Origin: an uncultured Gemmatimonadales bacterium
GTDB lineage: Bacteria > Gemmatimonadota > Gemmatimonadetes > Longimicrobiales > Gaopeijiaceae
Assembly: GCA_963809895.1 (NCBI GenBank)
Contig: CAWELD010000003.1
Coordinates: 2,400,001 to 2,464,000, forward strand
Direction: 5' to 3'
DNA length: 64,000 bases
Positions 1 through 8,880 of this stretch are shown piece after piece. The position numbers were made by a program, and so were the translations under genes. The notes beneath the pieces were generated by a model that saw only the letters and a program-made list of their open reading frames with translations, searched no databases and was not told where the DNA came from. Within the stretch, counting starts at the first letter, position 1, and the number at the start of each line of letters is the position of its first letter.

Positions 1-1677
1 CCCTTCGCGCGCATGCCGGCGGTGGCCCGGCCCCCGTGGGGCGCCGTCACCGAGCCCCTCGACGCGCGCCGATTCGACGGACGCCACTTCGTGGAGACGG
101 GCTTCGTGAGAAACGGCCGCGGCTTCGTGGCGAATCCCGGCGAGCCGCGCACCTGGGAAGCGGCCCAGATCTGGGTGCAGGAGCCCGGCGACACCACCAC
201 CAGGCGCATGATCACCGACACGCCCTATTCGCATCGGAGCGCGACGGTGTCACCCGATGGCCGCTGGATCGCCTTCGTGGCCGACCCCGAGCTGCGCACC
301 GACTCGGTCATCCAGGCCGAGCGGGACTCTCTTTCCGAGCTGCCCTACGACGCCGGACGCGACGAAGCGCCGCGCAACGACGCCGACATCTTCGTGATGC
401 CGGCGGCGGGCGGCGAAGCTCGACGTCTGACCCACCAGAACGGCAGCGAGGGGCGGCTGGTCTGGTCTCCCGACTCCCGACGCATCGCCTTCGTGTCGAG
501 CCTCCAGCGCACCACGTCCAACCGGATCTGGGTGGTGGCGGCCGATGGCGGCGAGCCGCGCAACATCCTGGGAGACTGGCAGTACGAGCCCTCGGGGGTG
601 GATTGGATGCCCAACGGCTCCATCGCCATGAGCGCCTCCATCGGTGGGCGCACGGCCCTGTTCAACGTCGATCCCGACGACGGCACCATCACCGAGGTCA
701 TCGGAGGTCGGCGTCGGATCAACGGCTTCACGTACGACGCCGATTACACGAAGGTGGCCTTCGTCGCCACGTCGGTGAATCGGCCCACCGAGCTCTACAT
801 CGCCGCCATCGACGGCAGCGGCGAGCGGCAGCTCACGGGATTCAACGACGACCTCAACGCCGAGATCGCCTGGCCCGAAGCGGAGCGCTTCACCTACCAG
901 TCGGTGGGTGGACTGGAGATCGAGGCCTGGCTCCAGTACCCGTACGGCTACGAAGAAGGCAAGAAGTACCCGCTCGTTCTCTACATCCACGGCGGACCCC
1001 ACTCGGCGTACGGCGAAGGGTGGTTCGACGAGTTCCACAACATCACCGGCGCGGGGATGTTCGTGCTCTACACCAATCCCCGCGGCTCGAGCGGATACGG
1101 AGCCGACTTCACGTACTCCACCCGGGGGCGTTGGGGGATGGAGGACTACGAAGACCTGATGAAGGCCGTCGACATCGCCATCCAGCGTCCAGACGTGGAC
1201 GCCGAGCGGCTCGGGGTGACCGGCGGCAGCTACGGCGGATTCATGACTGCCTGGATCACCACGAAGACCCATCGCTTCAAGGCTGCACAGACGGACCGTA
1301 TGATCAGCGACTGGTTCTCCTGGTACGGCTCGTCCGACGCCCAGGGGCTCACCGAGTTCGAGTTCTACGGCAAGCCCTGGGACAATCCCGAGCTCTACCG
1401 TGAGCTGTCGCCGGCGACCCACGTGGCCAACGTCGACACCCCGACCCTCCTGGTTCAGTCCGAAGAGGACCACCGGACGCCCATGACGGGCGCGGAAGAG
1501 TGGTTCGTGGCACTCCGCAAGCAGGGGGTGCCCGCCGAGTTCGTGCGCTATCCGCGGTCCACGCACGACCTGTCTCGCACCGGCGAGCCCTGGCTCCTGG
1601 TGGACCGGCTGGGACGTCTGAGACAGTGGTTCACCTACTGGCTCATGGACGGCGAGGCGACGACGGACCAGCCTTAG
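1..1677 (+). CDS. S9 family (prolyl oligopeptidase / acylaminoacyl peptidase-like) serine peptidase with PD40 beta-propeller; 5' end probably outside the window
   Basis: GGSYGG nucleophile motif, LYIHGGPH, NPRGSSGYG, catalytic D (EEDHRTP) and H (RSTHDLSR); SPDG/PD40 repeats. Confidence 0.92.
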   Translation, partial: PFARMPAVARPPWGAVTEPLDARRFDGRHFVETGFVRNGRGFVANPGEPRTWEAAQIWVQEPGDTTTRRMITDTPYSHRSATVSPDGRWIAFVADPELRTDSVIQAERDSLSELPYDAGRDEAPRNDADIFVMPAAGGEARRLTHQNGSEGRLVWSPDSRRIAFVSSLQRTTSNRIWVVAADGGEPRNILGDWQYEPSGVDWMPNGSIAMSASIGGRTALFNVDPDDGTITEVIGGRRRINGFTYDADYTKVAFVATSVNRPTELYIAAIDGSGERQLTGFNDDLNAEIAWPEAERFTYQSVGGLEIEAWLQYPYGYEEGKKYPLVLYIHGGPHSAYGEGWFDEFHNITGAGMFVLYTNPRGSSGYGADFTYSTRGRWGMEDYEDLMKAVDIAIQRPDVDAERLGVTGGSYGGFMTAWITTKTHRFKAAQTDRMISDWFSWYGSSDAQGLTEFEFYGKPWDNPELYRELSPATHVANVDTPTLLVQSEEDHRTPMTGAEEWFVALRKQGVPAEFVRYPRSTHDLSRTGEPWLLVDRLGRLRQWFTYWLMDGEATTDQP

Positions 1678-1737
1678 CGGCCCGCCGCTCCGGCCGGGGC
1701 GATCGCCGGCCTGTCCAGGGGCAGCTCGGCACGCGCG

Positions 1738-1771
1738 AAAGGGAGGGGGTGACGGCATCCCCCTCCCTTTT
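1738..1771 (+). terminator. Intrinsic terminator after the S9 peptidase
   Basis: AAAGGGAGGGGG-tgacggcat-CCCCCTCCCTTTT hairpin followed by a T-run. Confidence 0.7.
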
Positions 1772-1933
1772 GCGTTTGATCAGGCGAGTGCCCGCGAGGG
1801 TCCTTCGCCAATCCAGCCCATGTCGCCTATGTTGAGTCTCCCGGCGGATCCGCCGTCGGCGTGTCGACCGGACGCTCCCCCGATCTGGCTCCGTCCGGAC
1901 CGCGCGAAGGCTGTCTCGCTCGAATCTTGGCCC

Positions 1934-2563
1934 ATGGACGACGCCCGGGGTGAGATCACCCGCCTGGTTCAGCAGTGGAGCGAAGGAGACGAGTCGGCGC
2001 TGGACGGGCTCATCGAGCTCGCCTACGACGACCTGCGCGTCATCGCCCATCGGCACCTGCGCCGGAGCCGCGGTGACCAGACGCTCCAGACCACGGCCCT
2101 GGTCCACGAAGTCTACATGCGGCTGGCCGGCGTCGACGAAGGCGCCTGGGCCACCCGTGCCCACTTCTTCGCCTTCTGCTCCAAGGCGATGCGGCGGATC
2201 CTCATCGACTACGCCCGTCGCCAGCAGGCGGCCAAGCGCGGCGGCGATCGTGTCCGGGTGCCGCTCACGGATCAGGTGGCTTCTCTCGACGCGGAGATCG
2301 CCGAGGTTCTGGCGGTTGATCAGGCGCTGGAGACTCTGGCCAGGCACGACGAGCGCCTGGCACAGATCGTCGAATGCCGGTTCTTCGGTGGCCTCACGGT
2401 CCCGGAGACGGCGGAGGCGTTGGACCTCTCCACCCGCACCGTGGAGCGGGACTGGGTGCGCGCCCGTGCCTACCTCTACCGGATGCTTCGCACCGACGAG
2501 GAGGAGGGCGAGGCCGGCGCCGAAGGGGGCGCCCCCGGAGCCGACGTCAGCGGGTCACCCTGA
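1934..2563 (+). CDS. ECF RNA polymerase sigma factor (TIGR02999/Sig-70_X6 type)
   Basis: EITRLVQQW..GD..AL, TLQTTALVHEVYMRL, RRILIDYAR...AKRGG, VECRFFGGLT..ETAEAL..S.RTVERDW..ARA. Confidence 0.92.
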   Translation: MDDARGEITRLVQQWSEGDESALDGLIELAYDDLRVIAHRHLRRSRGDQTLQTTALVHEVYMRLAGVDEGAWATRAHFFAFCSKAMRRILIDYARRQQAAKRGGDRVRVPLTDQVASLDAEIAEVLAVDQALETLARHDERLAQIVECRFFGGLTVPETAEALDLSTRTVERDWVRARAYLYRMLRTDEEEGEAGAEGGAPGADVSGSP

Positions 2564-2585
2564 CGACCGCGCCCGGGAGCGCGGC

Positions 2586-2861
2586 GTGAATCACCGGAAT
2601 GATCCCACCTGGGATCGATGGGACGAGGTCGACGGGCTCTTCGCACGCGCCCTGGAGCAACCACCCCATGGGCGTCAGGCCTTTCTGGCCCAGGCGTGCG
2701 AAGGTGATCTCGCACTCTTCCGTGCCGTCCTGTCCCTGCTGGTGGATGCCGAAGCCGCCAAGCAGCGTCTCTCCGGTCCTGGAGCCGCCCTGGTGCGCGC
2801 CGCCTGGGCGCGGCACGGCGAGTCCGACGACGGCTCCAACGACTCCACGGGATCCGACTGA
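2586..2861 (+). CDS. Small protein resembling only the N-terminal segment of ECF-associated Ser/Thr kinases; no kinase domain
   Basis: GTG start; RWDEVDGLFARALE...RQAFLAQACEGDLAL..AVLSLL is the usual pre-kinase segment, then a stop after 91 aa. Confidence 0.65.
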   Translation: MNHRNDPTWDRWDEVDGLFARALEQPPHGRQAFLAQACEGDLALFRAVLSLLVDAEAAKQRLSGPGAALVRAAWARHGESDDGSNDSTGSD

Positions 2862-2865
2862 CGTC

Positions 2866-3996
2866 TCAACCGGCGCGCAGCTCGCCGAGCTCCTGCTCTC
2901 GCTGCACCCAGCGCGCCACGTCGCTGTTGGAGATGATCCCCAGGACCCGTGTGCCCCGCGCCACGACGACCCGCCCCGGACCCTCGCCGCCGAGTTGCTC
3001 CAGCACGCGGCTCATGGACTCGTCGGGATCGACGGTGACCTCGGAACCCGTGAGCATGACGTCACGGACACGCGTCTGGTGCCATCGATCACGAGGCGTC
3101 TGTTTGACCTGCTCCAGCGTCACGAGACCGACGAGCTCGCCGTACTCGGTCACCGGAAAGCCGTGATGTCGCTGGCGAAGCACATGCTCGTGCACCAGAT
3201 CGGCCAGGTCGAGGTCCGGCGGCACCGTGTTGGGGTCAGGCGTCATGAGGTCGTGCGCGGGAACGCCCTCGAGCATGCCGCGGAGCACATCCTGCTTGAA
3301 GGAGAAGACGGCCGCGGTCCTGAGGAACCATCCGATGAAGACCAGCCACAGGCCACCGAGGGCCGCACCACCCAGGGCCTGCAGGATCCCCAGGGCAATG
3401 AGCCCGTAGCCCAACCACTGCCCCCCCACCGAGGCCCAGCGGGTCGCCTTGGCCCGATCGCCCGTGGCACGCCAGGCCAGGGCCCTGAACACCCGTCCCC
3501 CGTCCAGCGGGAACCCGGGCAGGAGGTTGAAGAGCGCCAGGATCACGTTGACGAACGCCAGGTAACGCGCCACCGCCGCCACCGGCGCGGGCAGCGACAG
3601 CATGGTGCCGACCCACCAGATCGCCGCGAACAGGACGCCGAGGACGAGACTGGCCAGGGGTCCGACCCCCGCGATGAGCAGCTCGTCGCCAGGCGTCTCG
3701 GCCTCGCGACGCGTGTGCGCCATCCCCCCGAAGATGAAGAGCGTGATCCCGTCCACCGGCACGCCCTTGCTACGAGCCACCACCGAATGCGAGAGCTCGT
3801 GCGCCAGAAGTGACGCGAAGAAGAGCAGAGCGCCCACGGCGCCCATGGCCAGGTAGCTGGAAGGAGCCAGGCCGGGCACGGCCTGGGGGAACACGCCTGC
3901 GGAGAACGACCACAGGATGAGAAAGAAGATGATGAACCAGGAATAGTCCACCCGGATCTCGAAGCCCAGCACCGAACCGAGGCGCAGGCCGTTCAT
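2866..3996 (-). CDS. Site-2 protease (M50) with tandem CBS domains
   Basis: HELSH zinc motif, FNLLPGFPLDGG, C-terminal CBS pair; GGAGG RBS. Confidence 0.93.
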   Translation of the reverse strand: MNGLRLGSVLGFEIRVDYSWFIIFFLILWSFSAGVFPQAVPGLAPSSYLAMGAVGALLFFASLLAHELSHSVVARSKGVPVDGITLFIFGGMAHTRREAETPGDELLIAGVGPLASLVLGVLFAAIWWVGTMLSLPAPVAAVARYLAFVNVILALFNLLPGFPLDGGRVFRALAWRATGDRAKATRWASVGGQWLGYGLIALGILQALGGAALGGLWLVFIGWFLRTAAVFSFKQDVLRGMLEGVPAHDLMTPDPNTVPPDLDLADLVHEHVLRQRHHGFPVTEYGELVGLVTLEQVKQTPRDRWHQTRVRDVMLTGSEVTVDPDESMSRVLEQLGGEGPGRVVVARGTRVLGIISNSDVARWVQREQELGELRAG

Positions 3997-4105
3997 GGGA
4001 CCTCCCTCGTGGAAGCCCGCGCGTTCGGAACCTGCGTGGACCCGACGACGTGTGGGCTACCGAAGTCTCATCACGAGGCGGCCCCCCTGCAAGGGGGAAA
4101 AACCC

Positions 4106-4195
4106 CTACCACTGCATCAGATCGGTGCGCGCCATGCGGGAGATCCACGCCCGGATCTCCACGAGCCGGCGAATGCGTCGGATGACGGCCTTCAT
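4106..4195 (-). CDS. Putative 29-aa small protein MKAVIRRIRRLVEIRAWISRMARTDLMQW
   Basis: ATG preceded by AGGAG; first RBS-backed ORF downstream of the riboswitch terminator. Confidence 0.5.
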   Translation of the reverse strand: MKAVIRRIRRLVEIRAWISRMARTDLMQW

Positions 4196-4313
4196 GTCTC
4201 CTGTTCTCCGTTGAGCCTGTCGCTGTCGGTCTAGGTCCCGCAACGGGCAGGAGACGCGCACGCCGGGCGGCTTCGCCGGCCCGCCACGGGGAACCCGCGA
4301 CGGACCGGCGAAC

Positions 4314-4347
4314 AAAAATTACCCGGCACACATACATGCGCCGGGCA
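4314..4347 (-). terminator. Intrinsic terminator (probable riboswitch expression platform)
   Basis: Minus strand TGCCCGGCGCA-tgtatg-TGTGCCGGGTA followed by ATTTTTG. Confidence 0.7.
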
Positions 4348-4380
4348 GCCGGAGAGGCGGCCTCGTCAGGCTCGACCTCT

Positions 4381-4465
4381 CTTCCTGGCAGCTGGGCAAT
4401 CCGCACACGTGCGGACCCCTGGCTTTGCGTCCCACCGTTACCGATGGTTTGCCCTTTGCAGTTAT
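4381..4465 (-). promoter_or_regulatory. Cyclic di-GMP-I (GEMM) riboswitch
   Basis: Minus strand AAGGGCAAACCATCGGTAACGGTGGGACGCAAAGCCAGGGGTCC...AGCTGCC matches the GEMM core (GGCAAACC..GNRA..GGGACGCAAAGCC..GCTGCC). Confidence 0.88.
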
Positions 4466-4469
4466 ATCA

Positions 4470-4499
4470 ACGCTATTCCCTCTTCTCCCGCCCGGTCAA
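4470..4499 (-). promoter_or_regulatory. Putative sigma70 promoter for the riboswitch transcript
   Basis: TTGACC-18 nt-TAGCGT just upstream of the aptamer. Confidence 0.45.
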
Positions 4500-4520
4500 G
4501 CCTTTTCTTCCGCTGACGTC

Positions 4521-5384
4521 ATGACATCTTCACGCCCCGCCGGCCCGTGGTCGACGCTGGGCCGCCCGCTCGACCCGTCGTGGCCGACGAACCGGGCGAT
4601 CCTCATCGTCATGCCCACCGTGGGAGTGCTCGCCACCGTGCTGGCGCTCGCCCAGGGTTCCGCCGTTCTCGGCGCGGGAGTGCGAGGATTGGTGACCGCC
4701 GCCACCGCGCTGGGTGGATGGGCCCTGGCCCGGGAGCTGGCGCCCGACGACCAGGCGGCCGCCTTCGTCGCCATGGCCCTCGGGCTCGCGGCGCAAGCCC
4801 TGGTGCCGGTGGCCAGCCTGTGGCTCCTGTTCACCACCCTGCTCCAGGTGCGGCTGGTGAACCGCACGGTGGGGCCCCCGGCTCGGCGCAAGGACTCGGC
4901 CGCGGTGCTGGCCCTGACCCTGGCGTGCATGGTGGTCTTGAAGGCGCCCACGGTGGCCGTGGTGGGCGGGCTCGCCTTCGGGTTGGATGCACGGCTCGCG
5001 CCCCCCGGGCCCACTCGGCACCGCGTCCTGGCCCTGACCTGCATCGCGGTCGCGGCGGTCTACGCGGCTGCGGTGCCCGCGGCACACCCACATCTGGACT
5101 TTCCGAGCACGGCGATCGGGGGTGGGCTGGTCGTGGTGACGCTCCTCTTCCTGCGGGCGCTCGTCCGCACCAGCGAGGTGCGGGCCGTGGCCGACGCCAC
5201 CGGCGACCCGCTCCATGCTGCAAGGGTCCGGGCCGGCATGACGGTGGCACTCCTGGCGGCGGTGCCCTCACTGATCCCCGGATCACCGGATCCGCGTGAG
5301 GCCTCGCTGCTGTGGGCGGTACTGGCCGGGGTAGGGGTCTCGGCGCTCCGTCGGAGTCATCCGCGGCGGACAGCGCGTAGATAG
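4521..5384 (+). CDS. Hypothetical multi-pass membrane protein
   Basis: Several hydrophobic helices; N-terminal STLGRPLDPSWPTNRA segment; GC3-rich frame. Confidence 0.7.
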   Translation: MTSSRPAGPWSTLGRPLDPSWPTNRAILIVMPTVGVLATVLALAQGSAVLGAGVRGLVTAATALGGWALARELAPDDQAAAFVAMALGLAAQALVPVASLWLLFTTLLQVRLVNRTVGPPARRKDSAAVLALTLACMVVLKAPTVAVVGGLAFGLDARLAPPGPTRHRVLALTCIAVAAVYAAAVPAAHPHLDFPSTAIGGGLVVVTLLFLRALVRTSEVRAVADATGDPLHAARVRAGMTVALLAAVPSLIPGSPDPREASLLWAVLAGVGVSALRRSHPRRTARR

Positions 5385-5641
5385 CGCCGCGCGAGCTGCT
5401 CGACGCGGAGGTTGTCCTCCTCGGCCGCGCGCTCGAGAATGCCCTCCACGTGGTCCTTCAGGCGCGGCTCCCCCCAGCGGTAGCCGGTGGCCAGCTCCGC
5501 GCTGCGCGTGTTGCCGGCGTCCGCGCCCTGGATCAGCGCCCAGGCCGCGGCTTCGTCGTAGTACGGAGAGTCGCGCTCGGGCAGCGAGTAGCGCGGCTCC
5601 GGCTCCCGCCCGGCATCCTCGTTGACGAAGGCTCGCGACAT
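5357..5641 (-). CDS. Small hypothetical protein with an MSRAFVxED N-terminus
   Basis: 94-aa ORF with typical codon usage; the N-terminus resembles that of some GreA/GreB-family proteins but no Gre domain follows. Confidence 0.65.
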   Translation of the reverse strand: MSRAFVNEDAGREPEPRYSLPERDSPYYDEAAAWALIQGADAGNTRSAELATGYRWGEPRLKDHVEGILERAAEEDNLRVEQLARRYLRAVRRG

Positions 5642-5733
5642 ATGTGGCCCCGGCTGCTTGGCGACTGTGTGTTGCGAAAGGGGAGGGCCACGAGACGGCC
5701 CTCCCCATCCCTACCCACCAGAGCGCGGGAGGA

Positions 5734-6273
5734 TCACATGCCGTCGCCGCGCTTCAGGTCGATGGACACGCCGGCGACGATGCCGAAGAACTTGGTGTAT
5801 TCCGAGCCCATGAAGCGACCCTCCACCCAACCCAGGACGCCGCTCAGCGGAAAATCCAGTCCGGCGCCCAGACCGTACCCCAACTTGGTGTCGCTCTCCG
5901 AATCCTCCGTGTCGGAGCTGTATCTGTGCACGAGCAGACCGGCCTGGCCGAAGGCGTACAGGCCCGCTGTACCCGCGTCATGGAAGCGCATCCCGGCCCC
6001 GACCATGGCGCCCAGCGGGTTGGTCTTGTCGCCTTCCACGTCGTTGTGGTTATTCTGTCCGAAGAAGCCCTCGACCTGCCACCAGGCTCCCGAGTCACCG
6101 ACACTGACCAGCAACGCGGCCACCCCCAACCAGCCGGTGTCGGCGTAGTCGCCGTAGTCACCGGTGGGGAAGGTCGCGCCTCCCCCGAAGTAGAGATACT
6201 GGGCCGCGCCCGGAGACGGCGCGAGGAGAGACACCAGAGCCAGGATCGCACCCACGCCCAAGAACCGCTTCAT
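5734..6273 (-). CDS. Outer-membrane beta-barrel protein (OmpA/OmpW-like, 8-stranded)
   Basis: Signal peptide ending AAQ, alternating amphipathic strands (LGYGLGAGLDF, WVEGRF); GGAGG RBS. Confidence 0.75.
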   Translation of the reverse strand: MKRFLGVGAILALVSLLAPSPGAAQYLYFGGGATFPTGDYGDYADTGWLGVAALLVSVGDSGAWWQVEGFFGQNNHNDVEGDKTNPLGAMVGAGMRFHDAGTAGLYAFGQAGLLVHRYSSDTEDSESDTKLGYGLGAGLDFPLSGVLGWVEGRFMGSEYTKFFGIVAGVSIDLKRGDGM

Positions 6274-6373
6274 GACGGCCTCCCCGTGGAGTTGAGGAAA
6301 GCCACCTCCACGAGCCAGCAGGCCTTCCCCTACGGTCCATCGGTCTCTATATGGACCCGGTGCACGCTGCGGG

Positions 6374-7963
6374 TCAACGACCCTGTTGTCCGAGGGCGCG
6401 CCACCGGGCCCCGGCGCGCTTCAGCAGCTCGTCGCCGGCCGCCGGCCCCTCGCTGCCCGCAGCGTAGTTGGGGAAGTCGGTCGGGCGCTCCGACGCCCAC
6501 GCCTGGATCACCGGATCCACGACTCTCCAGGCCTCCTCGACCCCGTCGTCTCGAGTGAAGAGGGTGGCGTCGCCCACCATGGCGTCCAACAGAAGCGTCT
6601 CATAGGCGGAGTGCTCCGCTGCGCCGAAGGCCTCCGCGTAGGTGAAGTTCATGGTCGCCGAGGTCATGTGCAGGCCCGCGCCGGGAACCTTGAGGTTGAA
6701 GCACAGCGAGATGCCGTCGTCGGGCTGCACCTGGATCACCAGCGTGTTCAGCGCCATGCCGTCCTCGGCGTCGGGAAACACGAGGTGAGGCGGACGGCGA
6801 AACCGGATGGCGATCTCGGTGTCCCGGCGCGCCATGCGTTTTCCGGAGCGCAGGAAGAACGGCACCCCGTTCCAGCGCCAGTTGTCGATCATCAGCCGCA
6901 TGGCGGCCCAGGTGGGCGTGGCCGAGTCGGGCTCGACCCCGTCCTCGTGCCGGTAGCCGGGCACGGCGTCCCCGTCGACGGTCCCGGGGCCGTACTGACC
7001 GCGCACCGCCCAGGCGCTCAGATCTGCGGCATCCACCGGGCGGATGGCCTCGAGCACCTTCGCTTTCTCGTCCCGCACCGCATCGGCGCGAAACGCCGAG
7101 GGCGGCTCCATGGCGGTGAGCGAGAGGAGCTGCATGAGGTGGTTCTGAAACATGTCCCGCACCACCCCCGCCTCCTCGTAATACCCGGCGCGATGCCCCA
7201 CGCCGACCTGCTCGGCCGCGGTGATCTGCACGTGCTGGATGTGGGTGCGGTTCCACACCGGCTCGAAGATGGAATTCGCGAAGCGCAGCACCAGCAGATT
7301 CTGGACGGTTTCCTTTCCCAGATAGTGATCGATGCGGTAGATCTGGTGCTCCGCGAACCGCTTCTTCACGACCCGGTTGAGAGCCCGCGCCGTGTCGAGG
7401 CTGCGCCCGAACGGCTTCTCGATGATGATCCGCACCCAGGGCCGCTCGTCGGCGCTCTCATGTCTGGGAGCGATGCCGCTGGAGGCGAGCCCCTCGATGG
7501 CCGTCTCGTAGACGCTGGGAGGGACGGCCAGGTAGAACAGGCGACCTCCGGGCTCGGCCCGATCTCCCTCCACCTCGGCGAGACGCTGCTCCAGCCGCTC
7601 GAAGAGGCCCGGATCCGCCAGATCGCCCGAGACGTATCCGATTCGCGGCGCGAAAGCCTGCCAGGCGTCCTCGTCCAGCTCGCCAGGGCCGTTCACCTCG
7701 GCCGACTCGGTCAGCGTGGCCTTCATGTCCTGACGAAGCGACTCGTCGCTACCCTCGTCCCGCCCGACCCCCAGCACCGCGAAGCCCGGATCGAGAAGCC
7801 CGTCACGGTGCAGGTGGAACAGCGCCGGCATGAGCTTGCGGTGGGTCAGGTCGCCGCTGGCGCCGAAGATGACCATGGTGCAGGCCTCTCCCGTGCGCGG
7901 CGGTCGTGGGGTCGGGGCCCCGTCGTCGCCGAGGTGGACCGGGACCCGAAGCTGCTCGCTCAT
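6374..7963 (-). CDS. zwf: Glucose-6-phosphate 1-dehydrogenase
   Basis: IFGASGDL, EKPFG, RIDHYLGKE, RDMFQNH, WNGVPFFLRSGK. Confidence 0.97.
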   Translation of the reverse strand: MSEQLRVPVHLGDDGAPTPRPPRTGEACTMVIFGASGDLTHRKLMPALFHLHRDGLLDPGFAVLGVGRDEGSDESLRQDMKATLTESAEVNGPGELDEDAWQAFAPRIGYVSGDLADPGLFERLEQRLAEVEGDRAEPGGRLFYLAVPPSVYETAIEGLASSGIAPRHESADERPWVRIIIEKPFGRSLDTARALNRVVKKRFAEHQIYRIDHYLGKETVQNLLVLRFANSIFEPVWNRTHIQHVQITAAEQVGVGHRAGYYEEAGVVRDMFQNHLMQLLSLTAMEPPSAFRADAVRDEKAKVLEAIRPVDAADLSAWAVRGQYGPGTVDGDAVPGYRHEDGVEPDSATPTWAAMRLMIDNWRWNGVPFFLRSGKRMARRDTEIAIRFRRPPHLVFPDAEDGMALNTLVIQVQPDDGISLCFNLKVPGAGLHMTSATMNFTYAEAFGAAEHSAYETLLLDAMVGDATLFTRDDGVEEAWRVVDPVIQAWASERPTDFPNYAAGSEGPAAGDELLKRAGARWRALGQQGR

Positions 7964-8880
7964 GCCTTCTTCACCGCGTGTCCGCCGAACTCGTGACGGA
8001 GCGCGGCGATGACCTTGGCCGCGAAGGACTCTTCCTGGCGCGAGCGGAAACGCGCCTGCAGCGCCAGCGTGATGACCGGGGCCGGCACGTCCAGGTCGAT
8101 GGCCTCCTGCACCGTCCATCGGCCCTCGCCCGAATCGGCGACCCAGCCCCGGATGTCGGTGAGGCCACCGTCCTTCTCGAACGCGTCCTCGGCCAGCTCG
8201 TTGATCCAGGAGCGGATGACGCTGCCCCGGTTCCAGACCGCGGCGACCTGATGCAGGTCCACGTCGAAGCGGTCCGAGGCGTGGAGGATCTCGTAGCCTT
8301 CCGCGTAGGCCTGCAGCACCCCGTACTCGATACCGTTGTGCACCATCTTCACATAGTGGCCCGCGCCGGTGGGCCCGACGTGGGCGTAGCCGTCTTCGGG
8401 GGCGAGGGACCGGAAGACCGGTTCGACCTCGGCCACCGCCTCGTCGGGTCCGCCCACCATGAGGCAATACCCTATCTTCAGCCCCCAGACCCCTCCGCTG
8501 GTGCCGGCATCGAGGTAGTGTACGCCGCTCTTCTTCAGGGATTCACCACGCCGGAGGGTGTCGTGGAAGTTGGAGTTTCCGCCATCGATCACGATGTCGC
8601 CTGCCTCGAGATGTGCCTCCAGGGCGTTCAGCGTGGCATCGACGGGATCCCCGGCGGGCACCATCACCCAGATGATCCGAGGTGACGGCAGGCGCCGGCA
8701 CAGGTCGGCGAGATCGTCGGCGGGCTCGGCCCCTTCGTCGGCCAACGCGCGCACGGCGTCGGGATCGCGGTCCCAGACCACCAGGTCGTGGCCGTCGCCT
8801 CGCAGCCGGCGCACCATGTTTCCACCCATGCGCCCCAACCCGATCATGGCCAGGCGCTTCGTCTCTCGATCCATCGTCAT
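7960..8880 (-). CDS. gnd: 6-phosphogluconate dehydrogenase (decarboxylating, short form)
   Basis: IGLGRMG, IDGGNS, DAGTSGG, GHYVKMVHNGIEYG, ALRHEFGGH. Confidence 0.95.
   Translation of the reverse strand: MTMDRETKRLAMIGLGRMGGNMVRRLRGDGHDLVVWDRDPDAVRALADEGAEPADDLADLCRRLPSPRIIWVMVPAGDPVDATLNALEAHLEAGDIVIDGGNSNFHDTLRRGESLKKSGVHYLDAGTSGGVWGLKIGYCLMVGGPDEAVAEVEPVFRSLAPEDGYAHVGPTGAGHYVKMVHNGIEYGVLQAYAEGYEILHASDRFDVDLHQVAAVWNRGSVIRSWINELAEDAFEKDGGLTDIRGWVADSGEGRWTVQEAIDLDVPAPVITLALQARFRSRQEESFAAKVIAALRHEFGGHAVKKA

Noticed and set aside
36..1758. Long alternative-frame and antisense ORFs here and throughout (e.g. 37444-39615, 34039-35742, 28450-30246)
   Set aside because: Arg/Pro/Ala-rich shadow ORFs typical of high-GC DNA, overlapping well-supported genes
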